From contig OX597814.1 in the NCBI GenBank assembly GCA_951406725.2, positions 150,412,001-150,476,000 of the forward strand: DNA of 64,000 nucleotides, in the 5' to 3' direction. This DNA is from Octopus vulgaris (Eukaryota). Below, in pieces: positions 41,378 to 57,817 of the stretch (the first letter of the stretch is position 1; the number at the start of each line of letters is the position of its first letter). The translations under genes were made by a program, and so were the position numbers. The notes under the pieces were generated by a model. That model saw nothing but the letters and a program-made list of their open reading frames with translations. It was not told the DNA's origin and did no database searches.

Positions 41378-41760
41378 TTTGATATCTGGACTTAAGTATT
41401 CGCGGTTTTGAGCTACCCATACATCTTTTTAATATTTTCGATTTTGCAATGCATTGACTGTGAACATGGTGGCCATTCATGTTGTCATTACCAGTAGCAC
41501 GCTCGGAGCAAACCTAGATTTTACACATTTTGTTAAAATTTGAAATCATTTGAGCGTCAATTGGCTATGTTATTAGACTACAAAATAATGTCAATTTTTT
41601 CTTTGGTAGTGGTGGTGGTGGGGTACACCTTGTATGTATATGTACGAGCGGGTATATATATATATATACACACACACACTGGCGTTGCCCCAGCATGGAC
41701 ACTGTCTTTGGGTTGAAACATATAAAAGGATAAAAGAATATATATATATATGTTTGTGTG

Positions 41761-41797
<37 letters not shown>

Positions 41798-41817
41798 ATA
41801 GATAGACAGACAGATAG

Positions 41818-41818
41818 G

Positions 41819-41908
<90 letters not shown>
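41818..41908. repeat. (GATA)n microsatellite
   Basis: Direct reading of the sequence. Confidence 0.95.
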
Positions 41909-41909
<1 letters not shown>

Positions 41910-42712
41910 TGGTTGTGAGTGTTGGTTACTATTTTTCTATTATTCGTCAATCATTCGTTTTCTAGTGTAAAAATTTACATTGACACTGTCTGCCATCAAA
42001 TTTCTATTCAGTAATGTTAACTTACATTTTGTGAACATTTATACTAATGATCTATGCTATTCCTCTAAATGTTTTCGTTCGTGACAACGTCAAAACATTT
42101 TGATGTGAACAATATTCTTTCGTCCCACATCATGTCTTTCTTTTGTGTTTCTTCTCTCTCCCACTCAGTCCATTCTTGATATTAGTTCTTTCTATCTCCC
42201 TCACTCTACTTTAATTTCTATGACTTCCTCGTTATTCGTACCGTCTCCCACTTCACATTGTATTTAACAATATCCTCGCCATAGCCATGTCTCCCTTACT
42301 TTCTAATCATATCACTTTCAGAAATATTCACTTAGTCTATCGCTCTTCCAAGACATTCAAAGTTTTACTTTCTTTTTCTTCAAAATTCTGTATCTGGCTT
42401 TAATTGCATATGGTGGATTTTTTAGCTTGTAAAATGCCGTGTCACAATAAATTACCTTTCAACATATTGTCACTGTCAGAGAAAACATTATGATAAACTA
42501 CCGGCACGCTACTATTTTTAAAGTATAAAACAAGTATATGGAGGTGAGGTGTAGGGTGAAGGGGGGAAAACAGCAAATAAAATCCGTATCAAACCTTATG
42601 AGTTAAACTGCAGTAATATTCTGCATACAGTATTGATTTATATGTCAATAAATACACATGCACACATACACACACACGCGCGCACGCACACATATATATA
42701 AATAATATATTC

Positions 42713-42780
<68 letters not shown>

Positions 42781-42843
42781 GCATATATATATATATGTAT
42801 GTGTACATGCATACATACATACATACATGTATATATATATACA

Positions 42844-42906
<63 letters not shown>

Positions 42907-43269
42907 TTTAAAACAGGATAAAATTGTAAAATTAGAGGAAAACTGTAATGGTCTTTGCGAGTTTTAAAAATGGAACTAAATCTTTAAGAGACAGAAATGA
43001 AAGTAACATCTTTATTTGCTCTTAAACAATTAAACTGAGGATTGTATACAGAACATTTTAAATGTTGTCCTCCAAATGTCGTCTTATTCTCCCTCTCCTT
43101 CCTCTTTTTCTGCTTTTCTTTCTTTTCATACGCACGCGCGCACACACATGCATGTATGCATTTATATGCGTGTGTATATAGACAGATACATACATGCTTA
43201 CATACATATAGAGATACATATATACACGCATACATATATGCTGGAAATATTAACAATGCCAAAAGACAG

Positions 43270-44330
43270 CTGATATTAATAACATTTTCAGCTGGCATAA
43301 CAATGGAATTTGGCCAAAAGGAATGCACATATTAGATTGCTGAATGAGGAAAATTATTCCCCTCCCCCTAGACCCAAAGCTTTTGTATTAGTGGTTTCAC
43401 TATCTCTCTTTTTCCACGCTACAGGTACTTAGGCATTGAGGAAATATATCATAGCAAGGTACTGTGGATAAAGATAGACTGACCTAAGGATATTATACCA
43501 AATTAAAAATATATAGCAGATAGTACTCTCTTCTTACAAGATAATAACCCACAATGCATTTGCAGTACCAGTGTTGATTCCAACTTTTGGGATACTTGAC
43601 TGTTTTTTAACAGAAATCTTCTCCATAGGCCTGAAAACTCACAAGGTGCTGACATCAACCGGAAATCTCCACAGAAATAGTGATACCGACAGCGTCCCCC
43701 TAAGTAAAAGTATAGAGGGGAGAGGCTTCATATAAGTGCATACAGCATTCGAATGTCGTATAATCTCTCTCAGACAGCACTTGCTAAAGAACTGCAGAAA
43801 AATATATACATTAACTTAAGGCTAGAAAGTGGAGGAAACAATTTTCTACGTATCCTCAGGAAGCAAAAACTTCCTGGTGCTTTCCCATACAACCCCGAAA
43901 CAAACGGACTGTCATGTCTCCAAAGAGACCTGGAGTTGAAACACTCAGCATACAAAAAAAAAAGGACTCTGCATGGGTATGTTTCCCGAAAACTTAAAGA
44001 AAACAATATTAGTAGCATGAAGCAAAGGCTCTCTTGGACTTGTGACCGCTACACCACACAGTCAAGTCTACGCATTTGTAATACGAGATCAGAATATTGC
44101 TACGAAATACCTAATAAACAAAAGAGACTCTGATGCCTATAGAGTTCGAAGATGCGAAAAAATGTAGATTATATATTTTTGTGGAAGACGTCACACATGT
44201 GATTAGCAGCTACCCTAAAATGTCATCAAAGTACTACATCCCTTTGCGACACGACGTTGTTGCAAAAAAAGAAACAATATTCAGTGCCATCCGGAACAGT
44301 AAAAATATGCAAGACAATTTTCAAGTATAA
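43270..44330 (+). mobile_element. Decayed R4/Dong-like LINE (RT thumb to zinc knuckle)
   Basis: Collinear peptides MEFG..EC, YRYLGIE, HNAFAVPVLIPTFGILD, KTHKVLT..G..H.NSD, KRTLHGY, KCRL..VEDVTHVISSYP...RHDVVAK. Confidence 0.75.
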
Positions 44331-45122
44331 AATGTGACATTGTTTTCGTTATCTACATACCAAGGCTGGAACTTTGTATCATTGTTAGAAGCCATCTCTT
44401 ACCTCAAACGAAGAATTTCAATTATCAAAAGAACATAAGAGATACATACATACATACATACATACATACATACATACATACATACATACATACATACATA
44501 CATACATACATGCATACATATACGGCTGTGCTGTTGTACTGAGATATATAATTTTGCGTGGGAATAGATTAGGTGGGGACGGTGAGACTGTAAATGTAGA
44601 GAAAGTTAAATTATCAACAATGCAGTGGTGATTGATTGGGAAAAGTAGACGGATGATCAAAAATATATTTGTTTGTGAATTTAGATATATTCATAGGAGA
44701 GGTTATAATGTACTGGTATGAGTCACTCCAGCTGTAGTAGGATGTGTTTGTTCGCAATTTTGTTGAGAATGGCTGGTAAAACTAGAACAAACTAGGTAAG
44801 AATAGTTTCTAAGTTTACCTACGGAATTGTAAGATTGGTGAGATTGGCTGTTGATTAGCAAACGTTTGTTTTCAAAGACTTAAATATAATAGCTTATCGT
44901 TTTTGGCAAAGAATAGTATCGAAATTTTGATGTCTGACTCAGGATAGTAATTATTGGAGTATATTAGAGTAGGCTGCTATGTAGGAAAGTGTTCATAAGT
45001 AAACAATATATATATATATTAGTTTAAATCTAGATCGGAAAAAAATATATGCCGACCAGCCTACACATAGAGATACCTACGAATAAATGCGTGCAAACTT
45101 TACCACACCATACACACACGCG

Positions 45123-45170
<48 letters not shown>

Positions 45171-45344
45171 AGATAAGTAGAATTCTACTTATTATACAAC
45201 ATTACTCTTTTATGTACATTCCTTTATGTACACTGATTTGTTCTGCTTTTTTATGTTTAACCCTACAGTCTTTTATGTGGTGGTTTAATAAAGTATGTGA
45301 TTGAGTATTATCTGGTAATTGATATTTGATTTAGATGTATTTAT

Positions 45345-45520
45345 CCATTTTCTTATCTTGTATTAGTAATTTGTGGTAAATCATTTTACCTTTGCCCATA
45401 TAATACAGTAAATGAATTGATTGCATCGCAATCCTTAACATTTATGTATTAACTTTGTTGGGTACTTCACTAGCAGTATATTGGATATATGTTATCCCAT
45501 CATTTGTTATCCTATCTCAA
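45345..45520 (+). repeat. Dispersed repeat related to 14760-14920
   Basis: Shared TTACCTT.GCCCAT.TAATACA.TAAATGAATT...CTTCACTAGCAGTATATTGGATA. Confidence 0.65.
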
Positions 45521-45522
45521 TT

Positions 45523-45568
<46 letters not shown>

Positions 45569-45631
45569 TATACATATATATATATACATATACATATACA
45601 TATATATATACATATATATATATACATGTAC

Positions 45632-45706
<75 letters not shown>

Positions 45707-46399
45707 CACATACACACAGTTATACTATATACGTATGCGAATTTATGACAATTGAGAGAAACAGATACTACCTGATAACACCCTCTTGTGGGTATCGGAT
45801 ATTGGTTGGGGTAAGTCGTTGTTTAAAGCTTGGCTATATACCTGATAGTATGCCGATTAAAGCACTTTCACTCTCTATGGCTAACTGATATCATTCATAG
45901 TATTGATAGAAATGCCACTGCATTATTTTTATTATTATGTCCGTGTTCATTAATTCCTCAGTGTTCGTCAAATATAGAACAAAGAAAAATAGAAAATGGA
46001 TGTCACGAGATTCTTTATTAATCAAAACAATCGTTTCGACCCGTATTACATTGGTCCCTCACCCGTGAGATACTGTACAACCGGTTTGTGGTGCATCCTT
46101 CGTTGCAGATATGTCATGTCCCGTAACTTTACAAAAGGTACCTCGCTGAATAAACTTGGTTTCGCTTGCTTCGATTATCTTTTAGAGAAACATCGAGTGT
46201 TAGTTTTTCATATATTGAATGTTATACATCGTGGAAACAGCCACAGGACCACGTTCCACTAAACTCATTTTGTGATACAACAAAATAAACACATGCACAC
46301 GCGCACACACACACACACACGTGCGCGCATCCACCAACGCACACGCACACACATACCTGAGCGCGTGGAACAAATGTAGAAAGTTCTGTGCTAGATATT

Positions 46400-46979
46400 C
46401 TTTTCTACTCTAGGCACAAGGCCCGAACCTTTGGGGAAGGGGGCCAGTCGATTAGATCGATCCCAGTACGCAACTGGTACTTAATCTATCGACCCCGAAA
46501 GGATGAAAGACAAAGTTAACCTCGGTGGAATTTGTACCCAGAACGTCAAGACAGACGAAATACCTATTTCTTTACTACCCACAAGGAGCTAAACACAGAG
46601 AGGACAATCAAAGACAGACAAACGGATTAAGTCGATTATATCGACCCCAGTGCGTAACTGGTACTTATTTAATCGATCCCGAAATGATGAAAGGTAAAGT
46701 CGACCTCGGTGGAATTTGAACTCAGAACGAAACGGCAGACGAGATACCTATTTGTTTACTACCCCCAAGGGGCTAAACACAGAGAGCACAAACAAGGACA
46801 GACAAACGGATTAAGTCTATTATATCGACCCCAGTGCGTAACTGGTACTTATTTAATCGACCCCGAAAGGATGAAAGGCAAAGTCGACCTCGGCGGAATT
46901 TGAACTCAGAACGTACTGGCAGACGAAATGCCGCTAAGCATTTCGCCCGTCGTGCTAACGTTTCTGCCAGCTCGCCGCC
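46400..46979 (-). mobile_element. SINE family 1 trimer (head + 2 tail-A units + tail-B unit), 17-bp TSD
   Basis: Units at 46749-46932, 46565-46748 and 46400-46564. TSD GTTC(T/C)GTGCTAGATATT at 46383-46399 and 46982-46998. Confidence 0.9.
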
Positions 46980-47649
46980 TTGTTCCGTGCTAGATATTGA
47001 TAAACAAAGATTTCACTGATTTAAGTGAAATCTAGCCAGACTATACATAAAGTAATACCTGTACTTGAAACAGCCTTATATTAAGATTCCTGTGTATATA
47101 ATATTTATTATGCCTATACAGACGTAGAATGATACGACCTGTAATATTTTATATGAGAGAAATATCTCAAAGTGACTTGTTGTTCCGATATAGAAATCCG
47201 TAAACAAAATATTTACTGGTTTGTGCGAAGTTAGCTTTTTTTATTGTAAGAGGGAGAATCATGTTGTCAGGAGTCAATTTTCATTTAATTTTCAATACTG
47301 AATTAAATTCAAGCTTAATGGAATGAAGTATTTCATATAAATATTATACATATATTTCATTCAATTTTCTTTTCTCGTTTCAACTATGAAGTCTATTTCA
47401 GTTTAACTGAAAAGTAATGAAGGGCCTATTAATTGCATTATAATATTTACTTTACAGAAGAAAAAATAAACATTCTGGAAATGAGAGATAGAGAAAAGAT
47501 ATATTATGGAAGTATACAATGTTTGTAAATGTATAATTATATATGTGTGTTTATGTATAAATTCTAAGCTTCTTAATTTTGATTGATCTTCTGAAGAAAA
47601 TTAAGAAAGCAGATATTTACATGTATGTAGTTGAATATACAAATTTGTG

Positions 47650-48560
47650 GAAATTACTCAATACATAGAGAGTATTGTCGAGTGAAGAAGACATCTGAAA
47701 AGCTGCAGAAAGTTTCTGATTGGGCCAAGAGGGCCGATAAGAAGAAAGCTATTAAACATCAACGGGTAACTTCTAGTGAGGTTGCAAATCCAACGGATAT
47801 ATCACCCTAACGAGTGGAAATACTATTGAAAATACTTTGAAGATGAACGAAGAACTTCAAAGAAGGGATCCAATCGCATCAAGAATTCGTTGAATATTAG
47901 TTTTGTAGCTTATCATCAGATCTGACCAAAGCAAATTTTGCCCATTTTCCAATTCAAAGCAAATATATCTCTGAAACATGGAGAGCTGAATGTCTGCCCG
48001 AAACAGTTGAATATGTTGAGATTTGAGTTATTGTATGGTGGAAGAATAGTTTGGACAACAAATAAATCAGAGCTGATTTTCGTTGGATACAAAGTCAATG
48101 GACCAAAATGCACACAAGTACTTGAAAACAGCCCATTTCCCGTCTATTTCCCATCAATCACGCATTTATGTTAGGATAAGACTTGATAATATCCTTCTAT
48201 TTCAATGAAATTGAGATCCGTGCTAAAGAGGCAAGGTATTACATGCTTGGAAAAGAACTCACGGAATCGAATCTCTGAAATAGATTGTTCTGAATCCAGG
48301 ACGTAATCCGAAAGAAAATATAGGAATTCTTAGCTGAAAGTTGTGAGCAATATCCTCCAAAATTATATGAATTACTTAGATGAGAAAAAAAATTATGACA
48401 GAATTGCTGACTAAATCAAGTCAAATCCATTTGTGTGAAAGCCGTGATATAAGTTCAAGTGGAGCCTGAATAAACTGAGATAAATTTCCATTCATTTTGG
48501 ATAATTTTTTCATAAAATGGAATTAGCGCTGGGTCTTATATACCCTTGCTATAAAGTGAA
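47650..48560 (+). mobile_element. Decayed Tc1-like transposase remnant
   Basis: GGRIVW...ELIFV..KVNG..C.QVLE resembles the Tc1 DDE core. PGRNPKENI near 48296-48322 resembles SPDLNPIEN. Confidence 0.4.
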
Positions 48561-49194
48561 GTCTTTCACGTTTGTTATATTCCAAAAAAGGTTACTATTT
48601 GGTCAAGACTCACACGTAGACACGTACAATAGGCCCACACCGTCCAGCGCATACACATAGTGTGAAAATAAATATATGTGAAAACGAATATATGAAATAC
48701 TCTAGCAATTATTCACTTATACAAGAAACATTGATTTTTTCCCGTTAATCAAAGAAGTTGTTTACTTCGGGATTCTTTTCTTAAGGCTCTATGTGTCTAA
48801 AGTATTTACATCTGTGTATATATTCTCATGTATATACATATATCCGTGAACCTGTCTATTTGCATTTATGTATTTAAAATCTGGCAGTATTTTCTGTCTA
48901 TTTGTGTCATTCTATCAACAAGCGATACGTAGACGTCTGGAGTTTTATTATCCACTCAAGCATACGCCTGGAAACTTTCATTGATTTGCATTTGCGCTCA
49001 CACATATTTATGCACATGCACAGATATGCATACATATACGTACGTATACATACGTATGTTTACAATCATAAAAGCAAGCTTATATATATATACGCATAAA
49101 CTCGGACACACCCACACACTTAAATCAATATTGTTGTTTGTTAACAGATTATGTATCCTTTTCTCTGCATACTTTTCTGTTTAATGTTGCTATT

Positions 49195-49604
49195 CTTTTA
49201 TTTATTTCAGTCATTTAACTGTGGCCATGCTGGAGCACCACCTTTAGTCGAACAAATCGACCCAAGGACTTATTCTTCGTAAACCTAGTACTTATTCTAT
49301 CGGTCTCTTTTTGCGAACCGTTACGTTACGGGAATGTAAACACACAAACATCGGTTGTCAAGCGATGGTGGGAAGACAAACGCAGACACACAAACATATA
49401 CATACAAACACACACACACACACAAACACACACACATATATATTTCAGGTTTTCTTTCAGTTTCCGTCTACCAAATCCACTCACAATGCTTGGTTGGCCC
49501 GAGGTTATAGTAGAAGACACTTGCCCAAAGTACTACGCAATGGGACTGAACCCGGAACCATGTGGTTGGTAAGCAAGATACTCACGCACAGCTTCTCCTG
49601 CGCT
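49195..49604 (-). mobile_element. SINE family 2 (tRNA head, CORE-like box, internal (TG)n)
   Basis: Minus strand GCGCAGGAGAAGCTGTG..GGTTCCGGGTTCAGTCCC..TTGGGCAAGTGTCTT (CORE-like)...CCAGCATGGCCACAG..TGACTGAAA. Many copies in the window. Confidence 0.85.
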
Positions 49605-49615
49605 TATATATATAT

Positions 49616-50090
49616 ATATTATCAGACTATGGATGACTAAATTACAACAGGCATATAGCCCATTGTTTGTACTATAGTGCATTGTTGTATCATTCAAAAC
49701 TTTTTATTCTTTACAAACAATACACAATGCTTCAAGCGAACTACAACATATACATGTATATTTGGGAGAGTATTGTAGTTCGCCTGTAGCATTGTGTATT
49801 GTTTGTGAAGAATAAAAAGTTTTGAATGATACAACAATGCACTATAATACAAACAATGGGCTAGATACCTATTGCAATTTAGTCATACATAGTCTGATAA
49901 TATTTCGTAATAAAATACCTTCTTCAGATACTCTTAGGTGGAGTCGCTGCTAGTTGATAGAATGACACAAATAGACGGAAAATAATGCCAGATTTTAAAA
50001 CCGATTATAGCAGCGACTCCATCTAAGGATATCAGAAGAAGGAATTTTATTCCGAAATATCACCAGACTATGGATAACAAAATTACAATA

Positions 50091-50091
<1 letters not shown>
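49616..50091. repeat. Doubly palindromic unit with terminal direct repeat and hammerhead-like cores on both strands
   Basis: Arms 49616-49746/49773-49903 and 49869-49952/50008-50091. 35-bp direct repeat at 49616-49650 / 50057-50091. Confidence 0.85.
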
Positions 50092-50134
<43 letters not shown>

Positions 50135-50160
50135 TCAATTTATATATATATATATAGTCA

Positions 50161-50195
<35 letters not shown>

Positions 50196-50339
50196 GGAGT
50201 AAACACATAAATGTGAAACAAGGTGGAAAAAGAGTACTCAAATACCAGTGGTATATATATATATATATATATACACATATATATATATATATGTATATTA
50301 TATTCAATTTAACGAACAAACAATTCAAAAAACGGAGAA

Positions 50340-50520
50340 GAAAAGGAAAAGAGAAAAAGTGGGGAAAATAAACTTGGAGACATGCACAAGATTTATATTA
50401 GTTTGACGCTCGGTGAAAGGAAAGAGTTTTTAACGTTTCGAGCATGGCTCTTTGTCAGAAAGGAGAAAGTGAAATGTCCAAAAATGAAGAAGGGAAATCA
50501 CCAACGGTCCACGCGTGGTT
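50340..50520 (-). mobile_element. Penelope-like pLTR fragment with decayed hammerhead (~50428-50463)
   Basis: Minus strand CTTT CTGACAA A GAGC CAT GCTC GAAA CGT TAAAA...CCGAGCGTCAAACTAATA, homologous to the 5499 and 25326 copies. Confidence 0.6.
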
Positions 50521-50830
50521 CCATATATCTATACTTACACATAGTACAGTCATCCATCCACACTCATACATACACACAGACACACACACACATATATATA
50601 CACAGTAAATCAAAATTCCGTAAATACTATCAGTAATTCTGTATTGACTCGAATGGGAAAATTCGTCCCTCAAGAAGGACTTCAGTTTGAACAATTTTCA
50701 TGATGTTTCATATTTAGATGCTTTTATTAAATTCATTCAGTTGTTAAACATAAATTAATCTTGGAATTAAATGGTTTTGATATATTATCAGCTGATTTTT
50801 GGCCAATATATATATATATATATGTATATA

Positions 50831-50931
<101 letters not shown>

Positions 50932-51664
50932 GTGTGTGTGATTGTGTATAGAAGAATATATTAATAAAAAGAATTCCAACCTTGTCTGATTTTCACGTTT
51001 TATTTACAATCTTATAATGATATATTATAAGATAATATATTATAATTGAATAAAATAAAATGAAATAGTAGAATGTTAAATATTCATTCTGATTGAACTA
51101 GTACTTTCATGCATTGAATTCTGCAATCTTCGGGTTCATGTAGTAGTGTTGACAGTCATGCTTCACAATTTTTGACTGTAGCAAGATGAGTGATTCTGTG
51201 CTATAAATACAGCTGGGTAGGCTCCAGAGTGCTAGGTTTTGCAAACTGTATTCTGACCAATCAGTGTGTAGTATCACTCAATTACTTAAGCTGATTGGTT
51301 GGTTGAGCTGATTGGTTTAGGCATCACGCTTTGTTGGACAGGTCAAGAGTCCTGTATCTTGACCCTGGCCGAAGCAGCAATTGTTGGGTTATTTTTAGAA
51401 ATGTTGTAAATATCCTTTGTCAGAGATTTTTATATTTTTATATTTCAATTGTCATCATCATCATTGTCAGCACCTTAATTATTGTTGCTAGTGGTGATGG
51501 TGGTGGCAATAGAACTTTTAACCCTAAATAAGATAATTTTCCTGCTATCTTCGTCTTGATCACCTTTAGTATTGTTGTTGTTGTTAGTGGTCATGGTCGT
51601 AGCAGTGGAAGTAATACCTCTAAGTATTATTATTATTGCTTATTTAGCTTGGGTTCGAATTTAT

Positions 51665-54757
<3,093 letters not shown>

Positions 54758-54775
54758 TCACATATATATATATGT

Positions 54776-55116
54776 GAAGGCGCATGGCTCAGTAGTTAGA
54801 GCGTCGAGCTTACGATCGTGAGGTTGTGAGCTCGAATCCCGGACCGGGCTGCGTGTTGTGTTCTCGAGCAAGGCACTTTATTTCACGTTGCTCCAGTTCA
54901 CTCAGCTGTAGAAATGAGTTGCGACGTCACTGGTGCCAAGCTGTATCGACCTCTGTCTTTCCCTTGGATAACACTGGTGGCGTGGAGAGGGGAGGCTGGT
55001 ATGCATGGGCGACTGCTGGCCTTCCATAAACAACCTTGCGCGGACTTGTATCTAGGAAGGTAACTTTCTAGGTGCAATCCCATGGTCATTCATGACCGAA
55101 GGGGGTCTTTACCCTT
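54776..55116 (+). mobile_element. tRNA-derived SINE family 3
   Basis: A box TGGCTCAGTAG, B-box-like GCTCGAATCC, CORE-like TGTGTTCTCGAGCAAGGCACTT. Related degraded heads near 38705 and 57300-57420 (minus). Confidence 0.75.
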
Positions 55117-55134
55117 TATATATATATAAATTCT

Positions 55135-55490
55135 TTCTTTTATTCTTTTATTCTCTTGTTTCAATCGAACAAATCGACCCCGAGCTTATTCTTTGTAAGC
55201 CCAGTACCCATTTTATCAATCTCATTTTCCGAACCACTAAGTTATGGGAGTGTAAACACACCAGCATCGGTTATAAAGCCATGTTGCGGGGACAAATCAG
55301 ACACACAAACACGCACACACACACATATGACGAGCTTCTCTCAGCTTCCGCCTGCCAAATCTACACTCAAGGCTTTGGTCGGCCCGCAGCTATAGTAGAA
55401 AACGCCTACCCAAGGTGCCACGCAGTGGGATGGATCCCAGAACAACGTGGTTGGTAAGCAACCTATTTATCACATAGCCACTCCTGCGGC
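55135..55490 (-). mobile_element. SINE family 2
   Basis: Collinear with 49195-49604. Confidence 0.8.
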
Positions 55491-55554
55491 CACGTACAAA
55501 TATACAGTAAGAGAGAGAAACAAAGAAACATAGACAGAAGAGGAAGAAAGAGTT

Positions 55555-55611
<57 letters not shown>

Positions 55612-55633
55612 CGATAGATAAATAGATAGATAA

Positions 55634-56420
55634 ATTTCTTTATTAGCCACATAGGGCCGAACACAGAGGGGACAAAATAGAATGTAGAGCTTTTCTTTTC
55701 GAAAATAGAAAAAAAGGAGAAAAATACAATTTCGATCAAAAATGATCGTGTATCACAGAAAATTTTTTAAAGTGTAAAAAGCAAGATTAGATTTATCCGT
55801 GGAAAGAAAAGCCTACGGAAAAAACCAAGGTAGCCTCAGGCAGGGAGGGAATAAAAACATAAGATCAAAGTGCTCTCTCTCTCTCTCTCTCACTCTCTTT
55901 TTTCGATTTATAGTATCATGCTCAAAGTCATTTCATCACTCACTCTTTGCTACATTCACCTACCTTTTATTGAAACTTTCACGAGACAAAACTTTACATG
56001 ATAGACTCGGTCGACAGTCAGACTTGTCCCATACGTGACAGCAGCCGTTCGACATAAGCCCACAGGTCCGAAACGGCTGGACACTGCACGGGTGTGTGCA
56101 GAACCGTATCGTCGCTCTGACCGCATCTCGGGCAAGTCAGTCCAGTGTGTCTCGAACCGTGCCTGTAGAGCTTATCCCGAACGGGTAATGCTTCTCGATA
56201 GCATTGCCAGGCCAGGGATCTCTGGTGATTGTCCATAGGTCACGGCCCGAAAGTTGTCCTGAACAGGCGGGTCAGGTGTCCCTCGTCGACACCCAGATTC
56301 TGCCCGAGAACGACGTCGCACCACACCTCCAAAAATCCTGTATAGAACACCTTTGTGGAAAAATTAATCACCTCTACAGTACCATTTAGAAAATAATTGA
56401 GGGTGCAGGTTCCTGGTTGC
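55634..56420 (-). mobile_element. Tx1/L1-group LINE 3' end abutting (GATA)n
   Basis: LAWQCYREALPVRDKL.....TCPRCGQSDDTVLH..VQCP...LW is the CCHC zinc knuckle typical of Tx1/L1 ORF2. The 3' end AATAAAGAAAT runs into (TATC)n. Confidence 0.7.
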
Positions 56421-56564
56421 TCGATCAAGTGGGAATTGCACATAAGAATCCTTCAAAATACCTCTCAACTTAAAAAGAAGTATTCATCAGATCATCTATT
56501 CTAGCATACACATATACTCGTGAAGATGTAAGAAGCGGTAACATCATTCAAGGCGGGAGAAATC

Positions 56565-57055
56565 TTATGTGTAGCTGTGTGGTACGAGGTTTGCTTCACA
56601 ACTACATGGTTTGCGATACAGTCCCACTGCATAGCACGTTGAGGCAGTGTCCTCAACGATAGTTCTGAGTCGTCGACCAAAGCCTTGAGAGTAGATTTGG
56701 TAGACGGAAACTGAAAGAAGCCCGTCATATATATGTTAATATATATGTATGCATATATGTGTGTATATATTGTGTGTGTATATACAGAATCACACACACA
56801 CACACACATGCACACGCGCACATATATATGTATACACACGCATATGTGCATGTGCGTGAGTCGTTGTGTCTGCATTTGCCTTTGCCCCACTGCTTGACTT
56901 GACAGCCCATGTTTGAGTGTTTAACTTAGCGGTTCAGCAAAAGAGCCCGAAAAGGTACCAGGCTTTAAAAAGAATGTACTGGGGTCAATTCGTTCGACTA
57001 AAATCCCACAACACAGTGACCAGCATGGCCGTAGCTTAATGACTGAAACAAAAGA
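56565..57055 (+). mobile_element. SINE family 2 (plus orientation)
   Basis: GCTGTGTGGTA..CAGTCCCACTGC..GACCAAAGCCTTG..GACGGAAACTGAAAGAAGCCCGTC...CCAGCATGGCCG. Confidence 0.75.
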
Positions 57056-57817
57056 AGGAAAACAGATACCTGCTTAATGCGGGCTGACTTGGTAATAAAC
57101 TGCAAAAACAACAGTGACAAGAATGCTGGTACTCCGTCGGTTACCACGGCGAGTGTTCCAGTTGAATCGATCAACGGAGATAAACTTTCATGTGACTAAG
57201 CATTCAACAGACACGCGTAACTTTAGAGATACAGCGTGATACAGAATGTGACATGGTTGGCCTTTTGAATTACAGATGAGTCATTTTTATCAGTTCAGTA
57301 AATTGGAGCAATGTGAAATAAACTGTCTTATTGAAGGACGTAGCGCGCCACTGGGAATCGAGCTCACGACTGTAAGGTCTTGAGTCGAATGCCCTAATCA
57401 CTAAGCCAGATGCTTTCACAAAAGTAGCAGCAACAGTAGCAGTGCTGATGTTTGCACTGCTTTTAATGCTAAGCCATATACCCCTTCAGAACTAAATGGA
57501 TTCGACCGTTGCGACTGAAGTGTCTTGGTTTCATCAGGTTGTGAGTGACATGGACATGAATGAGCCAAATGTCTCTCAGCAAGATATCTGTTCATTATTG
57601 AATCAGCCGTTAAATTTCCCAGATAAAAATATATTGATCTTAATTAGAGATGTGTACACAAAGATATTATCGATTTTTTCCTTTCGAGATGAAATATCTG
57701 AAAAGCAAAACTCAAACATATGAATTCAAATTGTAACTTAAAGAGAAGTTTCAGAAAAACAGCGGTTCATAGCAGGATGAAGGTAGTTGTGATTTGGCTA
57801 TTATCATTATTATTATT

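Noticed and set aside
54776-54850. tRNA gene
   Set aside because: The A/B boxes continue into a CORE-like SINE body and there is no clean acceptor stem, so it is treated as a SINE head.
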